DNA from: a virus
Length of the DNA: 64,000 bases
Strand: one strand, 5' to 3'
IMG/VR virus record: IMGVR_UViG_3300049169_000021
Span: 1 to 64,000 of that record
In this document: piece by piece, positions 1-9,488 of the stretch
Layout: each line of letters opens with the position of its first letter
How positions within the stretch are numbered: position 1 is the stretch's first letter
Notes under the pieces: generated by a model
Told to the model about the DNA's origin: nothing
Database searches by the model: none
Seen by the model: only the letters and a program-made list of their open reading frames with translations
Program-made: the position numbers and the translations under genes

Positions 1-68
1 TGCGACGAGTAACCACCTGACCGGCGGCCGGGGGAAGACGGCCGCCGGTCAGGTGGTTACTCGTCGCA
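1..68. repeat. Perfect inverted repeat of at least 30 bp with 8-nt loop (terminator-like hairpin)
   Basis: 1-30 is the exact reverse complement of 39-68; overlaps the stop codon of ORF 57-617. Confidence 0.9.
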
Positions 69-617
69 CGCGAGGAAGGTCTCGTCGTCCGGGAGGGCGT
101 CCAGCGGCCAGGAGGTGAGCAGCTTCACCGGGTGGTATCCGCTGCGGGAGTTCGTGGCCCGGTCGGAGAAGCGGCCCTTGTGTGGGGCGTGCTGGAAGCC
201 CTTGTAGAGCTCGAAGGCGCGGGCGTCGCAGTCGATGAGGTAGCCCCACTCGCACCACACGGAGTCACCCGGCCAGTCCGGGGCATGGGGAGCGTGACCG
301 GCGGCGAGGGTGGCGGCGGGGTCTCCAAACGTGCCGTGGAGGAGTCGGTACCACTCCTCGCCTGGGTCGTCCTTCGAGCCTCCGATGCCGTCGGCCGCGT
401 ACTGGGCGAGGGCCGCCCGCTGCTCGGGGGTGGGCATGACGTCGCTGTCGATGTGGACCAGAGCGGCGGCCTGCTGGCGGACGGCGTCCCAGTCGGTGAC
501 GGTGCGGGCCCACTTGAGGACGTCAGCGCCGAGGGCGCTGGGGTAGGCGTCGTAGTGGACGTAGGTGATGGTTTCGTGCTGGTTGGCGACGAAGCCGAGG
601 AATCCCCTGGTTGACAT
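57..617 (-). CDS. Phage hypothetical protein
   Basis: 186-aa ORF with protein-like composition, purine-rich RBS upstream. Confidence 0.8.
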   Translation of the reverse strand: MSTRGFLGFVANQHETITYVHYDAYPSALGADVLKWARTVTDWDAVRQQAAALVHIDSDVMPTPEQRAALAQYAADGIGGSKDDPGEEWYRLLHGTFGDPAATLAAGHAPHAPDWPGDSVWCEWGYLIDCDARAFELYKGFQHAPHKGRFSDRATNSRSGYHPVKLLTSWPLDALPDDETFLACDE

Positions 618-698
618 GGGGTCGGTCCCTTCTTGGGGCGGTGTGTTCTTCTGGTGGGGCCCCGCCGCATTTCGGGTGCGGCGGGGCGCTTCAGGGGG

Positions 699-851
699 TT
701 AGGGGTGGCGGTCGGCGAGGTTTTGGCCGATCCACACCACAGCCAGCACCAGCGCGCCGACCACACCGGCCCAAGTCAGGGAATGCGTGGCCAGCCACGC
801 GACACCGGACGAACCGGCGCCAAGGCCGACACCGAGGAGGAAGTGAGTCAT
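699..851 (-). CDS. Small membrane protein
   Basis: MTHFLLGVGLG..., two hydrophobic segments, start overlaps upstream stop. Confidence 0.7.
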   Translation of the reverse strand: MTHFLLGVGLGAGSSGVAWLATHSLTWAGVVGALVLAVVWIGQNLADRHP

Positions 852-1069
852 GTGAGGTGTCCGTTCTGCTGGTAGGCGTCGGCCGCTTCTGCGGCCTGCC
901 GGGCGAGGGCTTGTTCGGCGCAGCATTTGTGGGCGGGTTTGCCTTTGCTGTCGCGGAGGTTGGTGAGGCCGGGGCAGTACCTGCACTGCTTGGCCGTCCA
1001 GGACCAGTGCTTGGGGTCCCGCCAGTCCAGAAGCGGCGGCGGGTCGCGGCCCGCGTCCCAGCCGGTCAC
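848..1069 (-). CDS. Small Cys-rich hypothetical protein
   Basis: CRYC...HKCC; GTGA coupling to the WhiB gene. Confidence 0.7.
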   Translation of the reverse strand: MTGWDAGRDPPPLLDWRDPKHWSWTAKQCRYCPGLTNLRDSKGKPAHKCCAEQALARQAAEAADAYQQNGHLT

Positions 1070-1566
1070 GCCGCAGCCTTGGTCGTGCCAGTGCGGCGCA
1101 GCCGGTTGTCGGCGTCCGTGTTCGCCTGACGGCACGGCCCGCAGATCGCCGTCTTCTCCCGCAGGTGCTTCTGATAGCCCGCGCGGGTGCCGCACTTGGC
1201 GGGCTCCGGGCTCTTCCGCTTGGTTTTTTGCCGCGGCTTGGACTGCTGGGCCTGTTCCGCGGCGTGCTTGTTCTTGCGGGCCTGGGCGTACAGGTTGTAG
1301 CGCTGGCTGGTGGTCTTCCCGCCGCGGATCCCGAACCGGTTGGTCTTCGTGCGGCCGCCTTCCTCGGTGAGCGCGTTGTCGAGGCAGGCTTGTCGTACGG
1401 GGCAGGTGGCGCAGACGCGTTTGGCGGCGGCGGTGGCTTCGTGGTCGCCGGGGTTGGGGAACCACAGGTCGCGGTGGCCCTCGTACTGGTCGGTGGCGCA
1501 GACCGCGTCGTCTCGCCAGTCGGGCTTGCGCCGGGTTTCGGGTACGGAGCCGTTGTAGTGGGTCAC
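1066..1566 (-). CDS. WhiB-family transcription factor with C-terminal Zn motif
   Basis: DW...C...WFP...AKRVCATCPVRQAC...FGIRGG; C-terminal CGT...H...CGPC. Confidence 0.9.
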   Translation of the reverse strand: MTHYNGSVPETRRKPDWRDDAVCATDQYEGHRDLWFPNPGDHEATAAAKRVCATCPVRQACLDNALTEEGGRTKTNRFGIRGGKTTSQRYNLYAQARKNKHAAEQAQQSKPRQKTKRKSPEPAKCGTRAGYQKHLREKTAICGPCRQANTDADNRLRRTGTTKAAA

Positions 1567-2012
1567 GACGCGCCTCCGAAGATCGCTTTGAACGCGGCGT
1601 CCACTCGCTTGTTCGCGTCGCGGATCTGCTGGTCCTCCAGGTGCGCCCCCGCAACGCAGTGAGCCATGTCGCAGCCCACGGAGAGACGTCCCTGCGGGTC
1701 GCGGCCGTGGTGCATCCGGAAAGCGATCTGGCGGACGGATAGCCGCTGCTGGCGGAAGTTCAGCCGGGGATGGCCGTTCGTGTCGGTGTGTCCGGTCCAC
1801 CGTTGGTGGCCGCCGTCGATTGCCTCGCTGTTCGAGCGGTAGGCGTCTTCAACGGAGGTGTAGGTGTCGGGCGGCCCGCATCGCGGTGCGGGCATGCCGA
1901 GGGCATCGCGGGTGCGCTGCACGGTCAGGGGAGCGCACCGCAGTTGGCGGCAGATGTAGGACTGGGGGATGCCGGCGCGGAGCAGTTCGGCGATGTCGGC
2001 GCGGATGTTCAC
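1563..2012 (-). CDS. HTH plus degenerate HNH-like protein
   Basis: N-terminal HTH-like segment; HQRWTG...AFRMHHG...CDMAHCVAGAHLED. Confidence 0.65.
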   Translation of the reverse strand: MNIRADIAELLRAGIPQSYICRQLRCAPLTVQRTRDALGMPAPRCGPPDTYTSVEDAYRSNSEAIDGGHQRWTGHTDTNGHPRLNFRQQRLSVRQIAFRMHHGRDPQGRLSVGCDMAHCVAGAHLEDQQIRDANKRVDAAFKAIFGGAS

Positions 2013-2269
2013 CGGTCCTCCTCTCGGTGGTCGCGGAGTGCTTGGCGGAGCCGGTCGAAGCCGGCGGACAGTTGGGGATCGGCGAGGACGTGCGCGTCGA
2101 GGTGCGCGTCGAGCTCTTCGAGGAGGCGGAGGCTGTCCGGACCGACGTCGTGTTCGGTGTCCGCCCACCGCTGGGACCGCTTGTGGGCGCGGCAGATCCA
2201 GCAGAGGGCGATACCGACGGCGAGGAGGGTGATCGCGATGGTCCAGTTCGCGGCGGCTGTGGTGCTCAC
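2009..2269 (-). CDS. Small membrane-anchored protein
   Basis: N-terminal TM helix, coupled start/stop. Confidence 0.7.
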   Translation of the reverse strand: MSTTAAANWTIAITLLAVGIALCWICRAHKRSQRWADTEHDVGPDSLRLLEELDAHLDAHVLADPQLSAGFDRLRQALRDHREEDR

Positions 2270-2703
2270 GAGGCCACCCCCACGAGCGGGTCCTCGCCGA
2301 GCCCCAGCCTGCGGACGACGAGGACGAGCTGACTGCCCGCCCGCTTCTCTCCGAGCCGCATGTCCGGGCCGACGAGCCGGGTGTGGTCGTCGTCGTCCAA
2401 GACCCCGGCATCCACGAGACCGTCGACTGCGGCCTTGAACGACGGGTACCAGTTCGCCGGGTCGGCGCGGCGCGCGCTCGCGGGGTGGAGGACGCCGAGG
2501 ATGTGAGCGCGCTGGAACAGCGGGCCAGGCTTCGCTGCAGCGAGCGCCTGCATGAGCGCGGGGTGGTTGCTGACGGCTTCCATGGCGGCGGCGCGCAGGG
2601 TCTTGGTCCGGTCGTGGCGGACGCGGTGGTGCACGCGCCGGTTCGCGTTCAGCAGCGGGAGACCGGCGGCCAGCGCGATGGTGTAAGACCGGATCTCAGT
2701 CAT
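2266..2703 (-). CDS. RusA-like Holliday junction resolvase
   Basis: RRADPANW..SFKAAVDGLVDAGVLDDDD acidic motif. Confidence 0.75.
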   Translation of the reverse strand: MTEIRSYTIALAAGLPLLNANRRVHHRVRHDRTKTLRAAAMEAVSNHPALMQALAAAKPGPLFQRAHILGVLHPASARRADPANWYPSFKAAVDGLVDAGVLDDDDHTRLVGPDMRLGEKRAGSQLVLVVRRLGLGEDPLVGVAS

Positions 2704-3187
2704 CGGCCACCACCTTTCGGGCGGCCCTCCGCTGGGCGTCTGCCGCACGTCGGCAGGTGCGGCACCTCCGCTTCCCAGTCGGCTCCGTGTGGGTGTTTGC
2801 TTCGCTGAACGGGTGGCCCTGCGGACACGCCGTCTTGGCCGCGTTCGCAGCCCCGAGCGTCACCCCTCGCAGTGTGTTGACGCGGGGCGTCACCGGTTCC
2901 AGGTGGCACGGACGCACACAACCCCGGTTGCGACACAGGTGATCCAGTTGGAGGCCGGGGAGTATCGGACCGACGATGGCCTCGTAGGCGACGCGGTGTG
3001 CCGCTCGCTTCGAGCCGTCGACCCAGATCCGGCCGTAGCCGTTCCCGCTGTTGCCAGCCGTCCATTCCCAGCAACCGTCAGCGGTCTGGTGCACCTTCTC
3101 CCAGAACCGCTCAGGAAGTCGCGCGTCACCGAACGCTGCGTTGTCCGTGGTGGCGGCCGGAACCTCCGGGGTGAACAGGGTGGTCAC
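2696..3187 (-). CDS. HNH endonuclease (HNH_3 type)
   Basis: RFWEKV...CWEW...GYG...AHRVAY...LDHLCRNRGCVRPCHLEPVT; C-terminal CPQGH...CRTC. Confidence 0.9.
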   Translation of the reverse strand: MTTLFTPEVPAATTDNAAFGDARLPERFWEKVHQTADGCWEWTAGNSGNGYGRIWVDGSKRAAHRVAYEAIVGPILPGLQLDHLCRNRGCVRPCHLEPVTPRVNTLRGVTLGAANAAKTACPQGHPFSEANTHTEPTGKRRCRTCRRAADAQRRAARKVVADD

Positions 3188-3369
3188 TGGCTGGCCTCCG
3201 CGTCCCACATGTCCGCGACCTGCCGCAGGACGTACGCCGCGGCCTGCTTGCTCAGGCCCTTGGCGGCGGCCTCGATGGACACGCCGCCCTCGGTCTTGCC
3301 GGGGCGGATGATGACGAAGGCGAGCGCGTCGGTGCCGTCGACGGCGGTGATAGTGGTGTTGTCGCTCAT
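3184..3369 (-). CDS. Phage hypothetical protein
   Basis: MSDNTTITAV..., coupled with both neighbours. Confidence 0.7.
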   Translation of the reverse strand: MSDNTTITAVDGTDALAFVIIRPGKTEGGVSIEAAAKGLSKQAAAYVLRQVADMWDAEASQ

Positions 3370-3587
3370 GACGTGGGATTCCCCTGGCTGGTGTTGGTCT
3401 GGTGGCCTTCCGTGCACAGGAGCGCGGTGCCGTGGACGGTGGCGGCGGTTTCCACCCCGCACACGGGGCAGTGGACGAACCGCGTGGCGACGATGGCCGC
3501 GTGCGGCCGGTGCTGCCCGGTGGGCCAGACGATCTGAGCGGCCCACCTGAGCGGCTGCGGCAACGCGAGGACCTGCTGACGGGTCAC
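3366..3587 (-). CDS. Small Zn-ribbon protein
   Basis: CPVCG...LLCTEGH. Confidence 0.65.
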   Translation of the reverse strand: MTRQQVLALPQPLRWAAQIVWPTGQHRPHAAIVATRFVHCPVCGVETAATVHGTALLCTEGHQTNTSQGNPTS

Positions 3588-3922
3588 GACGCCCCGCTTT
3601 CCGGACGGCGCCGCCAGTCCTCACCCGCAGGGATACCGACATCACCGACGCTGGTCGCGTCGTCGAGCTGCTTCTCCAGATGCTTGATGCGACGGTGGAG
3701 CGCGTCGACGTCCTCACCAGGGGGCACGCGGCGGCGGAGTTCATCGACGCGTCCCGTGAGCCGCTTGTTCGCGGCCTCGGCCTCAGCGAGCCAGCGGGCG
3801 AGGTTGCGCCGCTTGCCCTCGGCCTCGTCGTGCCGGGCCTCGGTGGCGAGGACGCGGCGGCGCAGGCCTTCGATCTCGGCGAGCGCGGCATCGAGGCGGC
3901 GGCGGGTGACGAACCACATCAC
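3584..3922 (-). CDS. Coiled-coil hypothetical protein
   Basis: Heptad pattern, coupled start/stop. Confidence 0.7.
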   Translation of the reverse strand: MMWFVTRRRLDAALAEIEGLRRRVLATEARHDEAEGKRRNLARWLAEAEAANKRLTGRVDELRRRVPPGEDVDALHRRIKHLEKQLDDATSVGDVGIPAGEDWRRRPESGAS

Positions 3923-4671
3923 GCCTCACCTCCGCGCTGCGCCGGGATGAGCGGCCACGATCCGTCGATCACCTTGTTCGGGTCGCCGCCCTGCTCCGCG
4001 GTCGCCTTCGTGCGGAACCGCTTCTGCAGGCCGGCCTGCTGCTCCGCCCGCCACCTCTGCTGCGCAGCGAACAGATGCTCCGGCCCCATGCGGCCGAGGT
4101 CCCTCGCGAACCGCACGAACTGCTCCTCAGCGATGAGCAGCGCGGCCACCGCGTCAGCGTCGGCGGTGTGCCAGTCGTTGAGCGCGACGTTGTACCGCTC
4201 GGCGGTGGGCTTCAGCTTCCGGTTGCCCTGCCCGCGCACGTACTTGAAGAACTCCTTGTCGATGACGTGCGGGTCCACCAGGGGCAGCGGGCCGGGGCCG
4301 ACGCGCTCGGCCATGGTGGGCAGGCCGTTGCGGATCAGGTCGTAGTGGAGGATCGACCAGTCGAAGGACTGGTTGAACGCGATGACCGGCATGCCCTGTC
4401 CGATGGCGTGTGCCAGGTACGTGGCGATCTCTTCGAGCGCGGTCTTCGGGTCCTGGCCATCGGCCTGCACCATGGCGTCGGTGACCTTGTGGACCTCGGT
4501 CGCTTCGGCGGGGATCGGGATGCCGGGGTTGATCAGCCAGTTGAAGGTGCGGTCCTCGGCGCCCGGGGTGCGGACGATGAACGCGGCGGTGACGATGCGG
4601 TCTTCGAGCGGGTTGGGGCCGGTGGTCTCGGTGTCCCATGCGGCTTTGCGGAGTTCGGCGAAGGTGCTCAC
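3919..4671 (-). CDS. DEDDh 3'-5' exonuclease (DnaQ-like)
   Basis: WDTETTG, FNQSFD, HTADAD motifs. Confidence 0.9.
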   Translation of the reverse strand: MSTFAELRKAAWDTETTGPNPLEDRIVTAAFIVRTPGAEDRTFNWLINPGIPIPAEATEVHKVTDAMVQADGQDPKTALEEIATYLAHAIGQGMPVIAFNQSFDWSILHYDLIRNGLPTMAERVGPGPLPLVDPHVIDKEFFKYVRGQGNRKLKPTAERYNVALNDWHTADADAVAALLIAEEQFVRFARDLGRMGPEHLFAAQQRWRAEQQAGLQKRFRTKATAEQGGDPNKVIDGSWPLIPAQRGGEA

Positions 4672-5459
4672 TGGGCACCCCCGGCTGCGCGCTCCTTGCC
4701 GATCCGCACGACCATCGCGCCGATCTGCTCCTCTTCACCTGTCTCGTTCGTGACCAGCGCACCCAACTGGCGAGTGCTCCCCAGCTCGTGGTGGATCTGC
4801 CGCAGACGGCCCGCACTCGTGTGCGGGTTGCAGATCTCGTCGAGGTAGCTGACCGCAGGGCGGATCGGGGTCTCACCGCGCTCGATGTGCGAGGTGTCCG
4901 GGTCCTTGTCGTGCGTCGGCGTCAGACCGCCCGTCAGCAGCAGCACCCGAAGCGCTACGGACTGCGCCTTCGCGGTGCCCTTGTCCGCCGAGTCGAGCGC
5001 CTCACCCCGCGTCTTCAGCAGCATCGGCAGGGCGTCGCCCTTCGGGCCCATGACCATCCACGACACGGTCACGGTGCACTCGCGCATCTTGTTGCCCTTG
5101 GACGTGGTGGTGTCCCGGTGCTCCGCCTCGATGCCGACGGGGAAGATGTTGATGCCGTGTTTCAGCGTGACCGGGCCGAAGGTGTTGACGACGGTGTCGA
5201 CGCCGCGGAAGTTGAAGCGGGTACCGCCGCCGTTGTACTGCTCGCCCTTGGCGATGGCGCGGACTTCCTTGCGAACCCGGAGCCACGCGAGGTGGACGGG
5301 CACCATGTCGGGGTCGCCTTCGCCAGGCTCGTAGCCCGCCATCGGGTCCGGCGCCGGCGCGAACTCCTCGGCCGGCGGCGCGTCGTCGTACGGCCGGTCG
5401 TGTTCCTCGGCGGTCAGGGTGCGGCCAGCAGCCGCGGCTGCGTTTTCGCGCAGTCCCAT
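4668..5459 (-). CDS. ERF-family single-strand annealing protein
   Basis: IAK...FNFRGVDTV...GEALDSADKGTAKAQSVALR. Confidence 0.85.
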   Translation of the reverse strand: MGLRENAAAAAGRTLTAEEHDRPYDDAPPAEEFAPAPDPMAGYEPGEGDPDMVPVHLAWLRVRKEVRAIAKGEQYNGGGTRFNFRGVDTVVNTFGPVTLKHGINIFPVGIEAEHRDTTTSKGNKMRECTVTVSWMVMGPKGDALPMLLKTRGEALDSADKGTAKAQSVALRVLLLTGGLTPTHDKDPDTSHIERGETPIRPAVSYLDEICNPHTSAGRLRQIHHELGSTRQLGALVTNETGEEEQIGAMVVRIGKERAAGGAQ

Positions 5460-5460
5460 G

Positions 5461-6498
5461 TCAGATGCCCCCCTTGTACTGCTTGGCGATGTCGATGCGT
5501 TCGGTCGGATTCGGGGCCACGCAGGCGGTGTAGGCGTCGGGCCAGCGCTCGGCGAGGAGCTCCAGGTCGACCTTCGGAGCTGCGTTGGAGGGCTCCAGGG
5601 AGTAGGCGCGCTCGCCGCCGATCAGGGCGGACTGCGCCGAACCGAGGGCGGCGATCATGCGGGCCTTCGCTGCGGCCTTCGCCTTCTTCGCTGCGGACTC
5701 GGCGCGCTGGTGGCGGCCGTAGTCGAGGAGCGCGTCGAGGGCGTCGTCGTGGCGGTCGACGTCGACCGTTCCGGTGCGGGTGGGGTGGAGGCGGCGGAAC
5801 AGGCGAGTCAAAGCTTCGCCGTCGCCGGTCGGCTCCGGCGGGATCTGTGCCTGCACGTGCTCGAACCAGAACTTGTCGACGGCGGTGGTGATGTCGTCGA
5901 TGACGTCGAGGTAGGCGTCTCGGCGGATCGTGCCCTGGTGGTACTCGTTGCCGCCGATCAAGACGGCGTAGTGCATGTGCTCGTAGCCGTTGACGGCGAT
6001 CTGGTGGAGCACCTGGGCGGTGACGTCGTCGGGGGCCCCGGCGTGCCATTGCGCGGACTTGAAGGCGGAGCGGGTTTTGACCTCCAGCGCGCACGGGGCC
6101 TGTTCGTCTGACGAGAGCGGGCATTCGGTGACGCGCCGGTCGAGGGTCGTCATCCGGTGCGGGTGGTCGACGTGGGCGACGAGCCCGACGCGGCGGATCA
6201 CGCTGCGGTTCTGCATGGCCCACCGTCGGGCGACGGGCTCCTCGTTGACGGTGCCCCAGTAGGCGGCCTCGCCTGCGTCGTCGACGTCGAAGCCGAGCTT
6301 GTCGTAGTAGACCTTCAGCGGCGGGGTGTAGTCGACGAGGCCGAGGATGGCGGGGACGTCGGAGGAGCCGATGCCGGAGCGGCGGGCGGTGAGCCAGTCG
6401 GCGCGGTCGGCGTCGGCGGGGAGGATGAGTCGGCCGGTGGGTGTGACCCGGCGGCCGGCGGCCGGGGCGGGTGCCCCGGCCTGCGCGGTCGTTGTCAC
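5461..6498 (-). CDS. YqaJ / lambda-exonuclease-like recombination nuclease
   Basis: WLTARRSGIGSSD...WG...E...TLDR...LEVKT...AQ. Confidence 0.9.
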   Translation of the reverse strand: MTTTAQAGAPAPAAGRRVTPTGRLILPADADRADWLTARRSGIGSSDVPAILGLVDYTPPLKVYYDKLGFDVDDAGEAAYWGTVNEEPVARRWAMQNRSVIRRVGLVAHVDHPHRMTTLDRRVTECPLSSDEQAPCALEVKTRSAFKSAQWHAGAPDDVTAQVLHQIAVNGYEHMHYAVLIGGNEYHQGTIRRDAYLDVIDDITTAVDKFWFEHVQAQIPPEPTGDGEALTRLFRRLHPTRTGTVDVDRHDDALDALLDYGRHQRAESAAKKAKAAAKARMIAALGSAQSALIGGERAYSLEPSNAAPKVDLELLAERWPDAYTACVAPNPTERIDIAKQYKGGI

Positions 6499-6800
6499 TC
6501 GTCGTCACCGCCGTCGCGTTCGGCCTTGAGGCGGGCGATCTCCTCGCGGGCGGCGGCGAGTTCGTCCTCGGTGGTGCGGCGACGCTCGGCGGCCTCGGCA
6601 ATCCCGTCCCGCCACCGCTGCACCTGAGCGAGCACGCGGTCCGCGACGGCGAGCTGCTTGTCGACGGGCATCCCCGACGGGAACATCATCTGTAGGTCGT
6701 TGGCCGTCGCGGTGTTGCTCGGTCGCAGCGAGAGAGAGGCGATCGGGTACGGGCCCACATCGGCGGTGCCGGTTTCGGTCCAGAAGTCGTAGGCGCGCAT
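6495..6800 (-). CDS. Phage hypothetical protein
   Basis: MRAYDFW..., coupled. Confidence 0.7.
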   Translation of the reverse strand: MRAYDFWTETGTADVGPYPIASLSLRPSNTATANDLQMMFPSGMPVDKQLAVADRVLAQVQRWRDGIAEAAERRRTTEDELAAAREEIARLKAERDGGDDE

Positions 6801-7189
6801 CAGGGCGTCTCCTCGGTGTCGCAGTTGCAGGGGTTGTCGCATTCGCAGGCGAGGGCTGCGAAGCGGGTGTCGGCGTCGTGGTCGAGGTCGTGGCGGTAGG
6901 GGTGGTCGAGCGGGAGGCGTTCGCGTGTCTCGTCGAGGTCGGCCAAGCGCTGCTGGATGACGAGCGCGCGGACCACCTCCTCGGCGCGGTTCATGCCGCG
7001 CCGATAGGCGCCCTTGCCCGCGCTCGGGTTGGCGGTGTCGCGCTCGGTCGCGATCGCGGCTGCGGCTTCGGCGAGGACCTCGGCGCGGTGGGCGTCGAGC
7101 AACTCGGTAGCGCCCGCCTTGGCCTCCTCGTCCGTCCCGCTGGGGACGCTCCACCACAGCAGGTCGGCGATCCTTTGGCGGGCGTTCAT
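6800..7189 (-). CDS. Phage hypothetical protein
   Basis: MNARQRIAD...LLDAHRAEVLAEAA, coupled. Confidence 0.7.
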   Translation of the reverse strand: MNARQRIADLLWWSVPSGTDEEAKAGATELLDAHRAEVLAEAAAAIATERDTANPSAGKGAYRRGMNRAEEVVRALVIQQRLADLDETRERLPLDHPYRHDLDHDADTRFAALACECDNPCNCDTEETP

Positions 7190-7557
7190 GCCGTCCTCCG
7201 CTCGCGCTGCGCCTCGACGGCGGGCGCCGGGGCTGCGGCGTGCAGCCGCTTCGCCAGCCGGGCCAGCGCCTGACCGCGCACCGGCACCTCGTAGCCCACG
7301 CACAGGGCCAGGCGTTCCATGCACAGCCGCTCCGGCTCCCACCCGTCGTGGGCGCGGGAGAGTTGCCGGTCGTCGACGAGTTCCATGAACAGGGCGAACG
7401 CGTCGCCGTCGTCTGCCAACGTGGTGATGACGTGCTCGAAGTACTCCTCCAGGTCGAGGAGGACGCCGTCGGGGACGCGCTGGGTGTAGAAGCGCATCGG
7501 GCTGGTCGGCTTGGGGCGGCGGAACAAGCGCCGGAGGGCGAGACGGATACGGGTCAT
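7186..7557 (-). CDS. Phage hypothetical protein
   Basis: MTRIRLAL..., coupled. Confidence 0.7.
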   Translation of the reverse strand: MTRIRLALRRLFRRPKPTSPMRFYTQRVPDGVLLDLEEYFEHVITTLADDGDAFALFMELVDDRQLSRAHDGWEPERLCMERLALCVGYEVPVRGQALARLAKRLHAAAPAPAVEAQRERRTA

Positions 7558-7790
7558 CGGGTGCTCCCGGTGGTCTTGCGGTGGCGGCCGGAACCGGCCG
7601 GAACGAAGGGGGTGTCGTGCGCCCACGAGGGCGCGAACGGCACAGGCGGCGGCTGCACGGGCCCGGGCTCGGACCGGCGGTCAGACCACACGTGGTGGGC
7701 GAACAGCGCGGCCCGCATCAGGCCGATCAGCAGCGCGAGGTAGATGACGGCGTGGACCGTGCACCAACCGACCAGCACGTGGCCGATCAC
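7554..7790 (-). CDS. Small membrane protein
   Basis: Hydrophobic N-terminus, coupled. Confidence 0.6.
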   Translation of the reverse strand: MIGHVLVGWCTVHAVIYLALLIGLMRAALFAHHVWSDRRSEPGPVQPPPVPFAPSWAHDTPFVPAGSGRHRKTTGSTR

Positions 7791-8728
7791 AGGGCGCCGC
7801 CAGTGCAGCCGGGGTCGTGCTCCGTCACGCACGAGCACTTCGCGCAGCCAACACACCACTTGCTCGGGCCGTCGCCGCACTCGGTACACGCGCCCGGCTC
7901 GTCCTCGCGGAGGGCCTGCACCGGCACGGTCCGCCGCGTGATCCCATCCGCTTCGTCCGGGCCGGGCGCGGTGTTGTGCGCGTGCTGCGCCTCAGCGATC
8001 AGCCGCCACGTGCTACACGTCTTCTCGACCTCAGCGAGAGCGACCTCACTGCTCGCGTGAGTGATCGCCGATGCGGCCAATTCGTCGAGGAAGTCCGACA
8101 CGTCCTCGTGGTCCATCAGCGCGGCCCACGGCAGCGCGGGCGGATAGGACTTGAGCGGCGCGGGCTTCGGCGTAATGCCGTGCCCGTTCTCCGTAGGGTC
8201 CGCGTGGTTCCACCATCCGCCGGTCGGGCTGTCCACCCACCGCACCGGTGCCTCGCAGGCCCGACAGACCATGGCGGTCTGCTGCTCCAGCTCGGCGATC
8301 CGGTCCCGATCCGCACGCAGCGCCTCGGCCGCCTCGGAGAGCGACTCGTTCGTCGAGTGCCGCTCCGCCTCCAACTCGGCGACGCGAGCCCGCAGCGACC
8401 CGTTCTCGGTCACCAACTCATCGGCCCGCTTCACCAGCGCCTTCGTCGCAGGCACTGCCGCACCGTAGATTCCGAAGCGCGCGATCTCAGCCGCGACTTG
8501 CTCCAGCCCCGACGGCTGCGCACCGACCGGCACCGGCAGCACATCCGCCGACCCCGTGATCCCCGACGCCGCCAATTCGGACAGCGGCGTCAGCAGAAAC
8601 CGAGGACACGAACACACCGCCTCCGGCGCATACCAGCCCTTGCCGTCCTCGGACACCGCGCGCAGCGTCCACACGACGCCGCCCTTCGTGTTCACGACCA
8701 GCGGGTCGTGGGTTGTCGGGGCGCTCAC
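7787..8728 (-). CDS. Phage hypothetical protein (coiled coil, Cys-rich C-terminus)
   Basis: 313-aa ORF, coupled. Confidence 0.8.
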   Translation of the reverse strand: MSAPTTHDPLVVNTKGGVVWTLRAVSEDGKGWYAPEAVCSCPRFLLTPLSELAASGITGSADVLPVPVGAQPSGLEQVAAEIARFGIYGAAVPATKALVKRADELVTENGSLRARVAELEAERHSTNESLSEAAEALRADRDRIAELEQQTAMVCRACEAPVRWVDSPTGGWWNHADPTENGHGITPKPAPLKSYPPALPWAALMDHEDVSDFLDELAASAITHASSEVALAEVEKTCSTWRLIAEAQHAHNTAPGPDEADGITRRTVPVQALREDEPGACTECGDGPSKWCVGCAKCSCVTEHDPGCTGGAL

Positions 8729-8979
8729 TGGGCACCGTCCTCAACCGTCGGGACAGCAGCAACCCAGCGCTGCGTCCACGAGAACCGACGGCGGCCCTCA
8801 GCGCGGCTCATCAGCCGCCACTCCTTGCCGGGACGATGCTCAGCCCAGCGCGTCTCAGTGCCCTCCGTGAGGTACTGCTGCTCAGCCCTGAGGCCATCAG
8901 CCTGCGCGTCTTCCAGCGAGGAGGCTGCGGCAGTCGGGTACTGCCCGATCATCACGACGTACGTGGTTTCGGCGCTCAT
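8725..8979 (-). CDS. Phage hypothetical protein
   Basis: 84 aa, coupled. Confidence 0.7.
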   Translation of the reverse strand: MSAETTYVVMIGQYPTAAASSLEDAQADGLRAEQQYLTEGTETRWAEHRPGKEWRLMSRAEGRRRFSWTQRWVAAVPTVEDGAQ

Positions 8980-9410
8980 GCGGACACCTCGTTCGCGTCC
9001 GCAGCCGCCTCCAACACCGCAACCGCCGACTCCGCCGTACGGCCCTCCACGTCACCCCACGAGTCGACGTGCGCCTCCAAGTCGAAGATCCCGCCGAACA
9101 ACGGGCCCTCCCCGTCGACCTCCAGGCGCAGCGCCAGCACGGCGATCGCCTCATCCGCCAGCAGCGACGTCAGGTGCGGGTCACCGGTCGTCGCGCACTT
9201 CAGCGCCGCCACGATCGACATCGGGCGCAGGAAGTGCGGAATGCACATCTCCCGGTCCATGGCGTCCGGGACGAAGTCGCCCTGATACAAGCCGTTCGCC
9301 GCGAGCAGCCGAGCCGCCGCACGAAACACCTGCGGGACAGTCGACGGCCGCGCCTGCGGCGACCGATGCAGCGGCAGAACCCCGCTGCGAGTCTGCGAAA
9401 CTGTGGTCAC
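8976..9410 (-). CDS. DUF6197-like phage protein
   Basis: FRAAARLLAANGLYQGDF...W.D..GRTAESAVAVLEAAA. Confidence 0.65.
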   Translation of the reverse strand: MTTVSQTRSGVLPLHRSPQARPSTVPQVFRAAARLLAANGLYQGDFVPDAMDREMCIPHFLRPMSIVAALKCATTGDPHLTSLLADEAIAVLALRLEVDGEGPLFGGIFDLEAHVDSWGDVEGRTAESAVAVLEAAADANEVSA

Positions 9411-9488
9411 GGTTTCCTCTGCTTCCTGTGTGAGTGGAGGGATCCGAAGGGGTCGTTCCGGGGGCATCCGGGGCGGCCCCGAAGTCGT

